A DNA stretch of 64,000 nucleotides from assembly GCF_963921235.1 (NCBI RefSeq), contig NC_086097.1, forward strand, positions 180,670,001-180,734,000, given 5' to 3'. Shown one piece after another: positions 37,830 to 50,437 of the stretch; the first letter of the stretch is position 1; every line of letters starts with the position of its first letter. This DNA is from Mobula hypostoma. Its lineage: Eukaryota. The notes below the pieces were generated by a model. That model saw only the letters and a list, made by a program, of their open reading frames with translations. It was not told the origin of the DNA and did not search any database. The position numbers and the translations under genes were made by a program.

Positions 37830-40737
37830 TATACATTAACGATCTGGAAGAGGGGACCGAGTGTAGTGTCCTGTGTAAGTTTGCTGATAATACTAAACTG
37901 AGTGGAAAAGCAAATTTTGCAGAGGATACAGAGAGTCTGCAGAGAGATAGGTTAAGTGAATGGGCAAGGGTCTGGCAGATGGAGTACAATGTTGGCAAAT
38001 GCAGGTCATCCACTTTGGAAGGAAAAATGGAAGATCAGATTATTATTTAAATAGTAAAAAATTGCAGCATGCTGCTGTACAGAGGGACTAGGGAGTGCTT
38101 GTGCATGAATCACAAAAAGTTAGTTTGCAGGTGCAGTAGGTTATAAAGAAGGCAGATGGAATGTTGGCCTTCATTGCTAGAGGAATTGAATTGGAAAACA
38201 GGGAGATTATGCTGCAACTGTACTGGGTACTGCACCTGGAGTACTGAGTGCAGTTCTGGTCTCCTTACTTGGAGAAGGATATACTGGGTTTGGAGGCGGT
38301 GCAGAGGAGGTTCACCAGGTTAATTCCAGAGATGAGGGGGTTAGACTATGAGGAGAGATTGAGTCACCTGGGACAGTACTTGCTGGAATTCAGAAGGATG
38401 AGAGGAGATCTTATAGAAACATATAAAATTATGAAAGGGATAGATAAGATAGAAGCAGGAAAGCTGAATCCACTGGTAGGAGAGACTAGAACTAGGGGAC
38501 ATAGTCTCAAGATTCAGGGGAGTAAATTTAGGATGGAGATGAGGAGAAACTGCTTTTCCCAAAGAGTGGTAAATCTGGAATTCTCTGCCCAATGAAGCAG
38601 TGCAGGCTACCTCAGTAAATATATTTAATTCAAGGATAGATAGATTTTTGCATAGTGGGGGAATTAAGGGATATAGGGAAAAGGCAGCTAGGTGGAGATG
38701 AGTCCATGGTCAGATCAGCCATGATCTTATTGAACGGTGAAGAAGGCTCGATGGGCCAGATGGCCTACTCCTGCTCCTATTCTTTATGTTCTTTCTACCG
38801 ATGTTGCCTGACCTACTGAGTTCCTCCTGTATTTTGTGTGTGTCCACTCTTTCTCTTTAAAAGCCCTTGTCACATCACTCCAGAAGATCTGTTCGTCAGG
38901 AGCTGCCCGTGTTCATGCCCTTGGGATTGATCCACCTGATGTCACAGAGTTATGCAGCATAGAAACAGGCCCGTCAGTCCAACGCAGTAATCCAGCTGAG
39001 TTGCCTGTCTGAGCTGGTCCCTATTTTCTGCATTTGGCCCATATTTCTGCAAAACCTTCCTATCCATGTACCTGTCCAACTGTTTTTAACTGTTGTTATT
39101 GTACCTGCCTGAGCCACTTCTTATGGCAGCCTGTTCAATATACCCACCAACCTCTGTGGGAAATCCTGCTGCTCAGTTCCCCTTTAGATCTTACCCCTCT
39201 AACATTAAACCTCTGTCCTCTAGTTTTAGATACTTCTACCCTGGGAAAAACCCTGATCATTTACATTATCTATGTTCCTCATGATTTTATAAACCTCTAC
39301 AAGGTCGCCCCCCCCCCATTCTTCTTCGCTCAGGAGGAACAGTTTCCAGCCTGCCTAGCCTCTCCCTAAAGCTCAAGCTCCTCCATTTTGATGTTAGTGT
39401 TCTGAAACTTCACTGTCTTCCCCCCTCCCCCACAAGGAATTCTCTACCTTGAATGTCCTCCTGAGTGGACAGAGATGAGAAGAATTCAGTTAAGCCCCCA
39501 ACCCCTTTGCCCACCCACCCACCATCTTCTAACTCCACACCACAGATTGCCATTGTGGTTCCTGGCAGATCTTCCACCTTCCCTGCTTATCCTCTTGTCC
39601 TTCGGGATTTAGGCTAATCTTGTCTGCCAGTAACATTTTGTGGCCTCTGATGCCCTTCTACTTTCTTCATGGTGCTCTCTCTGTCTTCCTGAGAGGCCTC
39701 CCCGGTTCAGTTCTCTGTATCACCTTGTGCTTCCTGACATCCTGTGTTTCTTGGACTCACTGTTTGTTCCTTTCGCCCTTACAAGAACATGGTGTCCCTG
39801 AACTCTCTATTTCACTGTTAAATGACTCCCACTTACTGGATATAGAATTATCTGCATTATCCCTTCTTGTTCCTTCCTGTCTGTTACCAATATGTTACAT
39901 CAAATACTGTGAGCTCTTCACTTAACCTTTTGTGAGGCACTTCGTTCAAAGTTAAAGTTGAGTTTACTGTCATCTGCACAAGTACCTGGACTTACTTACC
40001 ACAGCACCACAGCCTCACATAAGTAGCATCGCATAAGCAGCATTCAAAAGAAAAACATAAATTAAATGTAAATTATACAATTTTTTTACAAGAAAACATA
40101 GAACTAAAAGAAACAAAGTCGATTTTAGCTCAAATGGTCAAAGTGGTCATAGTGCTGCAAAGGGGTTTTGCCAGTTGGTTCTGGAACTGAATGATTGAAG
40201 GGAAGCAGCTGTTATGGATCCTTGTGGTGTGGGTCTTCAGGCTTCTGTACCTCCTGCAGAAAGTATGGCATGGGCAGGTTGGTGGGGATCTTTGATGATG
40301 AACGTTGCCTTCTTGAGGCATTCCCTCCTGTAGATACTCCCAGTGGTGGGGAGGATGTGTCGACGATGTACTGGGCTGACTCCACTACTCTCTGCAGCTT
40401 CTTGCACTCCTGTGCATTTGAATTGCCATACCAAACCATGATGCAACCAGTCAAGATGCTTTCAACGGTACATCTGTAGAAATTTGTTAGCATGTTTGGT
40501 GACAAGCCCTCAGAAATTAAAGATGCTGGCATGCACCTATGTGCTATCTATCTGTACTATCCCTTCTCACTGCTTCCTGTCTCTTACCACTCCTCCCTCC
40601 AAACTAATACATCCACACTGGGAGCTCTTCACCTAACCTTTTGTGAGCTACTTGGTTTGAACCAGACAACCAGATTAAACTAGAGAGGGTCCATCAGAAT
40701 GATGTCAGGATTGGAGGGCTTGTGTTACAAGGAGAGG

Positions 40738-42236
40738 CTGGATTGGCTGTGTGCCCTGGATTGGCTGTGTGCGCTGGATTGGATGTGTGCCCTGGATTAG
40801 GTGTGTGCACTGGATTGACTGTGTGCCCTGGATTGGGTGTGTGCCCTGGATTGGCTGTGTGCACTGGATTGGGTGTGTGCCCTGGATTGGCTGTGTGCCC
40901 TGGATTGGCTGTGTGCACTGGATTGGGTGTGTGCCCTGGATTGGGTGTGTGCCCTGGATTGGGTGTGTGCCCTGGATTGGCTGTGTGCCCTGGATTGGCT
41001 GTGTGCGCTGGATTGGGTGTGTGCCCTGGATTGGCTGTGTGCCCTGGATTGGGTGTGTGCCCTGGATTGGCTGTGTGCCCTGGATTGGGTGTGTGCCCTG
41101 GATTGGCTGTGTGCCCTGGATTGGATGTGTGCGCTGGATTGGGTGTGTGCCCTGGATTGGGTGTGTGCCCTGGATTGGCTGTGCGCGCTGGATTGGGTGT
41201 GTGCCCTGGATTGGGTGTGTGCACTGGATTGGGTGTGTGCCCTGGATTGGGTGTGTGCCCTGGATTGGGTGTGTGCCCTGGATTGGATGTGTGCCCTGGA
41301 TTGGCTGTGCGCGCTGGATTGGGTGTGTGCCCTGGATTGGGTGTGTGCCCTGGATTGGCTGTGTGCCCTGGATTGGCTGTGTGCTCTGGATTGGCTGTGT
41401 GCTCTGGATTGGCTGTGTGCGCTGGATTGGGTGTGTGCCCTGGATTAGGTGTGTGCACTGGATTGACTGTGTGCCCTGGATTGGGTGTGTGCCCTGGATT
41501 GGGTGTGTGCCCTGGATTGGCTGTGTGCACTGGATTGGGTGTGTGCCCTGGATTGGCTGTGTGCACTGGATTGGGTGTGTGCCCTGGATTGTGTGTGTGC
41601 CCTGGATTGGGTGTGTGCCCTGGATTGGCTGTGTGCACTGGATTGGGTGTGTGCCCTGGATTGGCTGTGTGCCCTGGATTGGCTGTGTGCGCTGGATTGG
41701 GTGTGTGCCCTGGATTGGGTGTGTGCACTGGATTGGGTGTGTGCCCTGGATTGGATGTGTGCCCTGGATTGGGTGTGTGCCCTGGATTGGCTGTGTGTCC
41801 TGGATTGGCTGTGTGCCCTGGATTGGGTGTGTGCCCTGGATTGGCTGTGTGCACTGGATTGGCTGTGTGCACTGGATTGGGTGTGTGCCCTGGATTGGCT
41901 GTGTGCACTGGATTGGGTGTGTGCCCTGGATTGGCTGTGTGCCCTGGATTGGCTGTGTGCCCTGGATTGGCTGTGTGCCCTGGATTGAGTGTGTGCCCTG
42001 GATTGGGTGTGTGCCCTGGATTGGCTGTGTGCCCTGGATTGGGTGTGTGCCCTGGATTGGCTGTGTGCCCTGGATTGGCTGTGTGCCCTGGATTGGGTGT
42101 GTGCCCTGGATTGGCTGTGTGCGCTGGATTGGCTGTGTGCCCTGGATTGGGTGTGTGCCCTGGATTGGGTGTGTGCCCTGGATTGGCTGTGTGCCCTGGA
42201 TTGGGTGTGTGCCCTGGATTGGCTGTGTGCGCTGGA
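40738..42236. repeat. 18-bp minisatellite (CTGGATTGGSTGTGTGCC), 83 units plus a terminal CTGGA
   Basis: (42232-40738)/18 = 83; explains the 499-550 aa repetitive ORFs in the track. Confidence 0.97.
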
Positions 42237-42838
42237 GTGAAGGAGACTGAAGCGAAACATGATAGAGGTTTGCGAAGTAATAAGAGTAGGGTAGACAGCC
42301 AAAATCTATTTCCCATGGATGATGCAGATACAATAACAATATTCCACAGACACCTGGATAGGAAAGGTTATTAATGACACAGGCCAGGTGTAGGCAATTG
42401 GGACTAGTTTGGTGGGCACCATTTTTGGAACAGTTTGGTCAAAGGGCCTGATTTCTTTACCGTCTAAAACAAGAGACATAAGGTGATACGGAACAGGTTT
42501 AAAAAGGATCTGAGGGTACGTTTTACATAATGTGTAGTGGTATTTGGAATGAGCTGCCAGAAGAGGTGGTGGCGGCAGGAACGTAACAACTGGACAGTAC
42601 CTGAATGAGCAGGGCAAAGAGGAAAGTGGAATCAGTGTAGGTATCATGTTCAGCTCAGACACAGTGGTCAGTAAAACTCGGCCGTGAATCTCAGCATGAG
42701 GCCAACAGAGCGTCCCTCAGCCTGCCCGGCCTTTCCAGTACATTCTCTGGTGTGGATACACGCTATCTTGTACACATTCATCTCAGTGGCTCCTCCATGC
42801 CAATTCCTCACTTGATCATTTCTCCATCCTTCCTGCAG

Positions 42839-42936
42839 ATATTCGACTGCCCGAGGCTAAAGTTCTCCGAGATTCCTCAACGGCTGACCAACCTGCTGCT
42901 TCCGCCTGACCCCATCATCATCAACCACCTCATCAG
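42839..42936 (+). CDS. SMARCD3: SMARCD3 exon 9 ([32 protein letters not shown])
   Basis: Acceptor cctgcag, donor gtagga; 98 nt, ends in phase 2. Confidence 0.97.
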
Positions 42937-44482
42937 GTAGGAGATGCTCCCTCGCCTCCGTATCTGCCCACGATCTCCCCTCCCTTCCACCCTTCTTCCC
43001 CTTCACTGACCACTCCCTACCTCAGTGCCTCCGTATCTGCCCACGATCTCCTCTCCCTCCCTTTCCACCACCCCCACCTTCGTGTCCATGTGTCCATGAC
43101 CTCAGGCTCATGACCTCAGCATTATCCCCGATTAGGTCCTGGAACTGTCCACTGGCTCTCAGTTCCATCCTTAGCCCTTATTTCCTCCTTAGACACCCCC
43201 CCGCCCCTGTGCCTTCTCCTGCATACACTGCCCCCCACCACAACACCTCAGTACCAATCAACGTGTCAGGTACTGGTGAAGTCTCCTTGGGGGCGTGGAG
43301 GAGGGAATGAAGACTGTGGAGCCACAGAACATTACCAATGCACGAGATCATTCAGCCCATCGAGCCTTTGTGGGATTGTATGTTTCACAGCCTCATAATC
43401 TTTCACATGAAGTTGAGTTTCTGGTCATCATGCAAGTTTAATTAGTTTATCACTGCCACATGTACAGAGGTACAGTTTATAAAAAAACTTGTCTTGCATA
43501 CTTTTCCTATAGATGAACTCATTCCGCAGTGCATTGAGATAGTACTAGGCAAAACAATAATGGAGTGCAGAATGTACACACGACATGCTGGAGGAACTCA
43601 GCAGGCCAGGCAGCATCTGTGGAAAAGAGTAAACAGTCGACATTTCAAGCTGAAACTCTTCAGCAGGTCCTGGATTGCAGAATAAAGTGTTACAGTTACA
43701 GACAATAAGGTGCAAGATCATAGTTATGAGGGAGATTGTGAGGTCAAAGGTCCATGTTAACATATTGGGGAACTCCAATCGTTTTATAACTGCAGAATAG
43801 AAGCTGTTCTTGAGCATTTCCAGGCTTTTGTTCCTTCTGCCCAGTGGGAGATGGGGAAGAGAGCATGTTGGAGCTGGGTAGGATCTTTGATTATGCTGGC
43901 TGCTTTAGCCGAGGCAGTGAGAAATGTAGACAGATTCCATGGATGGGAAATTGGCTTCTGTGATATGCTGAGCTGTGTCCAGAAGCCCCCCTGCTTCTTA
44001 GTCACGGGTGTAGCCGCCATACCAAGCCATAATGCATCAGGATAGGATGCTTTCTATAGTACATTGATAAAAGTTGGTGAGGGTCAAAGGGGCTGTGCCA
44101 AGTTCCTTTAGCCTTTTGAAGAAGTAGAGGTGTTGGTGAGCTTTATTGGTTGTGGTGTCTGTGGTTGGGTGACAGGCTGTTGGTGATGTTCACTCCTAGG
44201 AACTTGAAGCCCTCCACTTCAACACCGTTGATGTAGACAGGAGCGTGTGCACTGCACCCTTCCTAAAGTCAATGTCCAGCTGTCTTATTTTGCTGACAGT
44301 GAGGGCAAGATTGTCAATACACGCATCAGGCTGTGTATCATCTTCCTGTACTCCGACTCACTTCAGTTTGTGATGCGTCCCATTATGGTGGTGCTAGTTA
44401 AAAATTTGTAGACGAAGCTAGAGCAGCACCTAGCCATGCAGTCGTGAGTGTATAGGGAGTAGAGAATGCATGATGAGACATT

Positions 44483-45760
44483 CTAGCACCCCATATTCCG
44501 CCCCACTGTCAATATGGCATTTAACATAGTCAAAAATGAAAACAAGACATAACTTATCAATCCACCGATTTGTTACCATCATGTTTAAGCTCCTACAGGC
44601 TGGATCAGCACCACTAATTTAAACAAATAATGAAACTATATTAATCAAAACAAATACATTACCCATCCTATAAGATACCTTGCCGTCGAGTAATGAAAAG
44701 GTAAAATAAAGCGACCATTGAGCATGTTATCGTCCATAACCAGGGTTACACAATATATACATTCTTTAGCTTAACTTGTCTACAAAAGTTTTAGCTTTGC
44801 CAGGAGAATTAAATATCTTGGTGGTCCCATTGTAGGTGATTTTCAGTGCCACTGGGTACAGCATAAAGTACTGGATTCCCTCAGCTGCTTCTTTACTTGG
44901 TCGAATTCCTTGCGCTTCTGAATAACGGCTGCCGAAAAATCTTGAAAACACATAAGCCTGGATCCCTCATATATTAAAGCCTGGGCATCAGTCCCACGGC
45001 GTCTCGAAGCCTCCATCACTCTTTGCTTATCACCAAAATTATGGAACCGCACAAGGACAGGTCGAGGGCGTTGGTCTGTGCCCAGTTTTGGAGCCAGCGT
45101 ACGATGAGCTCTTTCCATTTTAATGCATCCAACCTTGGCTTCCAAATCAAGGAAATTAGGCAGCCAGTCCTCAAAAAACTTCGCTGGCTAACTGCCTTCT
45201 GTACCTTCAGGTAGACCGATAATCCGTATGTTCTTCCTCCTACTTCTATTCTCAAGATCATCAATATGGTCAGACTCGCTTTTCCAGCGCCCGGATGTGG
45301 CTTTGGGCTTGATCGGCTACAGTCTCTACCGCGGAGACTCGGCCCTTGGCCTTGGTCGTCCTTGTATCAAGATTTTTAAGCTCCAGTGTGTGGTTCTGGA
45401 GTGTTAGAGAGAGTGGACCCAGCTTCTCATCCATCATTTTGGATATGTTCTCCGTAACTTCCTGAATTACTTGACGAAAAGCAGCATCCAAGGTGTTAGC
45501 ATAGCTAGCAGCAGCTTGCTCCTCAGCCCCGGGCGAGTGCTCTGTGCAGTCCATCCTGGCTAGCTTTTTAGTACTTTTCAATGGCATGGTGTTGAAGCAG
45601 CTCAAAAAAAAATACTCATTGATGTTCATGTTATTAAATCTGACACTTGGGCATTTTTAAAAAATAGTTGGAACAGATAGGTTTATATGCGAAATTATCA
45701 GTGTTGTGGAGCTGAGCTCAGCAAAGCAGACCTTTCACTGCACTGCCACCTTGAAAACCC
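44483..45760 (-). mobile_element. L1-clade element containing only ORF1, flanked by a TSD
   Basis: ORF1p motifs DDLENRSRRKNIRIIGLPEG, ERAHR, PRPVLVRF, FQDFS and LYP over about 45587-44766 with frameshifts; flanks catgatgagacatt / catggtgagacatt. Confidence 0.85.
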
Positions 45761-46175
45761 CATGGTGAGACATTTAACATGGTGGGCACATGGGTGCAGA
45801 AAACACAGAATATGAATTATGTATAACTTATACAGGACAGTGGAAAAAAAAACCTGCACTAAATAAGATATTAGTGCAAAATAAACTCAGAGATAAGTTT
45901 ATGGTAGTGCAAGAGGTGGTGCACTGTGCTCTGTTGCTGAGACAGGGTTAACCTTGTGCAGGTGAGTTCAAGTACCCTGATGGTTATATGAAAGTAGTTG
46001 TTTCTGAACCTGGTGATAAGGGACTCCAGGATAACCGGGGGGGGGGGGGGCCGTGCACACAATCTGAGGGTTATCGGTAAAAGCACCATCTTTAATTACA
46101 AAGCTTATGCAGACCATTGGGACAAATCACCCAACCCTTGTCTGTGAGCTCAGTGATCATTGAACAACATCTATA

Positions 46176-46815
46176 GACATAGTCATAGTCATACTTTATT
46201 GATCCTGGGGGAAATTGGTTTTCTTTACAGTTGCACCATAAATAATAAATAGTAATAGAACCATAAATAGTTAAATAGTAATATGTAAATTATGCCAGTA
46301 AGTTATGAAATAAGTCCAAGTCCAGGGTGTCTGACCCTCCAAGGGAGGAGTTGTAAAGTTTGATGGCCACAGGCAGGAATGACTTCCTATGACGCTCTGT
46401 GCTGCATCTCGGTGGAATGAGTCTCTGGCTGAATGTACTCCTGTGCCCACCCAGTACATTATGTAGTGGATGGGAGACATTGTCCAAGATGGCATACAAC
46501 TTGGACAGCATCCTCTTTTCAGACACCACCGTGAGAGAGTCCAGTTCCATCCCCACAACATCACTGGCCTTACGAATGAGTTTGTTGATTCTGTTGGTGT
46601 CTGCTACCCTCAGCCTGCTGCCCCAGCACACAACAGCAAACATGATAGCACTGCCCACCACAGACTCGTAGAACATCCTCAGCATCGTCCGACAGATGTT
46701 AAAGGACCTCAGTCTCCTCAGGAAACAGAGACGGCTCTGACCCTTCTTGTAGACAGCCTCGGTGTTCTTAGACCAGTCCAGTTTATTGTCAATTCGTATC
46801 CCCAGGTATTGTAGG
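46176..46815 (-). mobile_element. Rex1/Babar LINE 3' end, well preserved
   Basis: YLGIRIDNKLDWSKNT..KGQSRLCFLRRLRSF...SFLPVAIKLYN; microsatellite tail (catagt)n near 46178-46193. Confidence 0.88.
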
Positions 46816-47997
46816 TTGTAGACAATTGTGGGATTGTAGACAATTCCTCTCCCCCCACAGACACTGCTCAACCTGCTGAGTTCCTCCAGTAGATTGTTCC
46901 TCCAGAAGTAGGTAACTCCTATGCGAAGGTAGAGTGATCTTCCCTCGGTCCCATGGTCCTGCAGACACCCCACATGGACCCTGCCCTCCCCACCTCCCTT
47001 CAGCTCAGGGGACTTCCAGATCCTGACAAACACCCCCATCAAAATCAAGCTCAGTGTTAAAATCTCATGGCATTTGGTTTGTCAATGCTCCTGAGGATGG
47101 ATTGGTTACCATACTTAGCTTGCTCTTAAATCCAGATGTGCTGTTTTACGGAGTTCGCTCTGCCAGGGTTTGGGGCGTTTCAGCGAGTCAGCCATTGCAA
47201 TGCCAGAGCCTGTTCCCGGGGGAGCAGTTGCACTGCTGATCAAACAGCTCGCTGGTGCCACCTGATGTTTCTCCAGGGAATAGCAACTCAGTATCTCGGA
47301 GTCAAGAGTGGGAGAGAGGGGAACATAAATGGGGCGAGGAGAGCGGGGGAGTGAGGATACATACATGGGAAGGGGGGAAAGGGAGGGTATACAGGGAGCA
47401 AAAGAGTACAGGTGGGGGAGAGAGGGGGGATACACATAAGGGAAGATAGTAGGGTATATAGGGAAGTTATACAGGGAAGACGATACACACACAGTAGAGA
47501 GCAAAACACAGGTGAGAAATAGGGATGTGCACAATGATAGAACAGACACAGTGAGGGGGTGCATGCTGTGAGCAGCAGTGAAGATGTGAAAGGGAAAGAT
47601 GTTGAAAGAGAGGAAGATGCAGAAAGTGAGGTAGAGGGAATGGGGAAAGTGGTGTTTTAGTATTGGTTTATTATTGTCACATATATTGATGTACAGTTAA
47701 AAACTTGACTTGTGTACTGTTCATACGGATTAATTCTTTATGCAGTGCGCTCGGGTAGAACAAGGTAAAACAATAACATTGCAGATTAAAGTGTTACAGT
47801 TACAAAGAAATTGCAGATAAACAAAGTTCAAGATTCTGAGGAGGTAAATAGTGAGGTGTAGAATCCATCTCGTCATACTAGGTGACTAGGGCAATAGTCT
47901 AATAACAGAGGGTTAGAGTGTGAGAGGCATTGAGATGGAGAGGAGTGAGTAGAGTTGACTAATTCCCTATGGTTGCACCTTGTGATTCCCCCCACAG

Positions 47998-48133
47998 CGT
48001 GGACCTCAATGACCAGAAGAAGACGGCTTGTTACGATATTGATGTGGAAGTAGATGACCCCCTGAAGTGTCAGATGAGCAGCTTCCTGCTATCCACGGCC
48101 AACCAGCAGGAGATCGCAGGCCTGGACAACAAG
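47998..48133 (+). CDS. SMARCD3: SMARCD3 exon 10 ((S)[45 protein letters not shown])
   Basis: Acceptor ccacag, donor gtaatg; 136 nt. Confidence 0.97.
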
Positions 48134-48998
48134 GTAATGGGGTCAGAGATGAATGGGGGTGGGGTTGTTACTCACTACTCCCCACCCTGACCCATTCTGT
48201 CACCATCCAAGTGTTGACATTGAATGGAGGGAAGTCATGGGTCGTAGGTGTGTTCCTGGACACAACCATACGTGTTGTTACACATCCGGTCCAGGATACC
48301 AGTTCTGGATCACACGAATCGTTCATCCAGGCACCTTCGCTGGCTCCTCCCATTCTCCCACTGAGGAGAGCAGGACCAGGGTGCACCATCATCTGCAGGT
48401 TCCCTCCACTATCCCGGCTTGGAAACACATCACCGTGACCTGGAACTCCCTCCCCAAAAGCACTGTGGGAGGGAGCACCTTCCCCAGAAGGATTGTAGTG
48501 AGCCAGGAAGGCAGCTTATCCCTCACCTTATCGGGGGGAAGTCAGGGAGATGGCAATAAAGGTTATTATAAAGATAATGGTTAGCTTTGTCTGTCACATG
48601 TACATTGACATATAGAGTGAAATGCGTTGTTTATGTCAATGACCAACAGAGTCTGAGGATGTGCTTAAGCAGCCCACAGGTGTTGCCATGCTTCCGGTGC
48701 CAACACAGCATGCCCACAACCTACCAGCCCGTACGTCTTTGGAATGTGGGAGGAAACCCACGTGGTTCTAGGGAGAAACACAGAAACTCCCTACGGATAG
48801 TGGTGGAACGGAACCCTGGTCACTAGCACTGTAAAGTACTACACTGCCCTTGTCATAGATGCTTGCCTTGTCAGTAATATCCAGACCCAGTGAATGAAGA
48901 TGTTCCTGGAAAGTGTAATGAGAATCTGGACATGGGAGTCTGGAAAAGACCTGGGTTTTGCCTGCTCTGAAAAAATCCACCGTCCAATCTTTCCACAG

Positions 48999-49121
48999 AT
49001 CCATGAGACCATCGAGTCCATCAATCAGCTGAAAATTCAGAGGGATTTCATGTTGAGCTTTTCCAAGGATCCAAAAGGCTACATCCAGGAGTGGCTGAGG
49101 TCCCAGAGCCGGGACCTGAAG
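48999..49121 (+). CDS. SMARCD3: SMARCD3 exon 11 ([41 protein letters not shown])
   Basis: Acceptor ttccacag, donor gtagga; 123 nt. Confidence 0.97.
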
Positions 49122-50335
49122 GTAGGAATCGGAATCAAGTTTATTATCACGAATATATGATGCAAAATTTGCTGTTGTGTGGCAGCAGTACAGTATAAGA
49201 CATAAAAGTTACAAAAATAATTAAATTGTGCCTCAGGGGAATAGTGAGGTAGTGTTCATGGACTATTCAGAAATCTGATGATGAAGAAGCTGTCCCTAAA
49301 ACATTGAGTGTGGGTCCTCAGGCTCCTGTGCCTCCTCCCTGTAATGAGAAGATGACATGTCTCAGATGGTGAAGGTCCTCAGTGATGGACGCCAGCTTCT
49401 TGAGATGTCCCTGATGGTATCCTTGAGTTGTGTCCATGATGGAGCTACAACAACCCTCTGCAGCCTCTCGTGATCCTATCCATACCAGGCAGAGATACAA
49501 ACAGTTAGAATGCTCTTACCGTGCATCTGTAGAAATTTCTTAGAGTCTTTGGTGACACAGCAAGCTTCCTGTACTCCAAACAAAGTAGCACAGATTCAGC
49601 TTTACACATTCCCATCAGTTCAGGATCCCAGGACAGAGACCAGGGGAAGGGTGAGTGCATGCAGGTTTCCCAGCGATATGGGCACTGATTGAGGTGCTGC
49701 CACACACGTGCTGCTGCCTGAAGGCTGCAGAGACCCGGTTCGGCCCTGACCTCTGGTGCTTTCTGTGTGGAGTGTGCACGTTCTCTCTGTGGCCGTGTAA
49801 GTTTCCACCAGGGTCTTTCCCACATCCCAAAGACATTAATCGGGTGCTGTAAATTGTGGGTGAGGGTAGAATCGGGTGGGGGGAGAATAAAATGGGATCC
49901 GTGTAAAGTGGGTAGCTGGTGGTTGATACAGATTCAGTGGGCTGAAGAGCCTGTTTCTGTGCTGGGTGACCCCATGGGCCAGGCAGCCTGTGCTTTCAGG
50001 GTTTTATACCTTCTGCACACTGGGGGGTGGCGGGGAGAGAATGTGCAGGGTGAGTAGGGTCTTTGAATGCTTTACTATGTCACAGTGAATAACTTTATTT
50101 TACTGCCATCCACTCAGATCATTTCATCACCAGTACATCGAGGTAGTACAAGGGAAATCAATAACTGAATGAAGAATAAAGTGCAGGGAGACAATAAGGT
50201 GCCAGGCCATATTGAGGTAGATTGGAAGAACAAGAGTTCATTGTTAGTGTACAGGAGGCCCATTCAGGAGTCTGATAACAGCAGGAGAGAAGCTGGTCCA
50301 TGGTCTGTGTGAGATCTGCTGTTTCCTTTCTCCAG

Positions 50336-50437
50336 ATAATGACAGATGTGGTGGGGAACCCGGAGGAGGAACGGCGTGCCGACTTCTACCAGCAACCATG
50401 GTCCCAGGAGGCAGTCAGCCGATATTTCTACTGCAAG
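50336..50437 (+). CDS. SMARCD3: SMARCD3 exon 12 ([34 protein letters not shown])
   Basis: Acceptor tttctccag, donor gtcagg; 102 nt. Confidence 0.97.

Larger units (their letters stand above)
33527..38794 (+). mobile_element. Long CR1 LINE relic (ORF1 esterase end, ORF2 APE and RT, 3' tail) interrupted by Tc1 and Tigger
   Basis: DRLHLNRDGT..LVNRI (ORF1); PTRECAILDLVL, LGKSDH, KFADNTKL and QFWSPYLEKD (ORF2); tail gatggcctactcctgctcctatttc near 38760-38794. Confidence 0.9.

Noticed and set aside
40694..42374. Long ORFs of 499-550 aa in several frames (NPGHTP, GLGVCP and WIGCVP repeats), and a CRISPR-like appearance
   Set aside because: By-product of a stop-free 18-bp tandem unit; there are no unique spacers, splice context or non-repeat domain.
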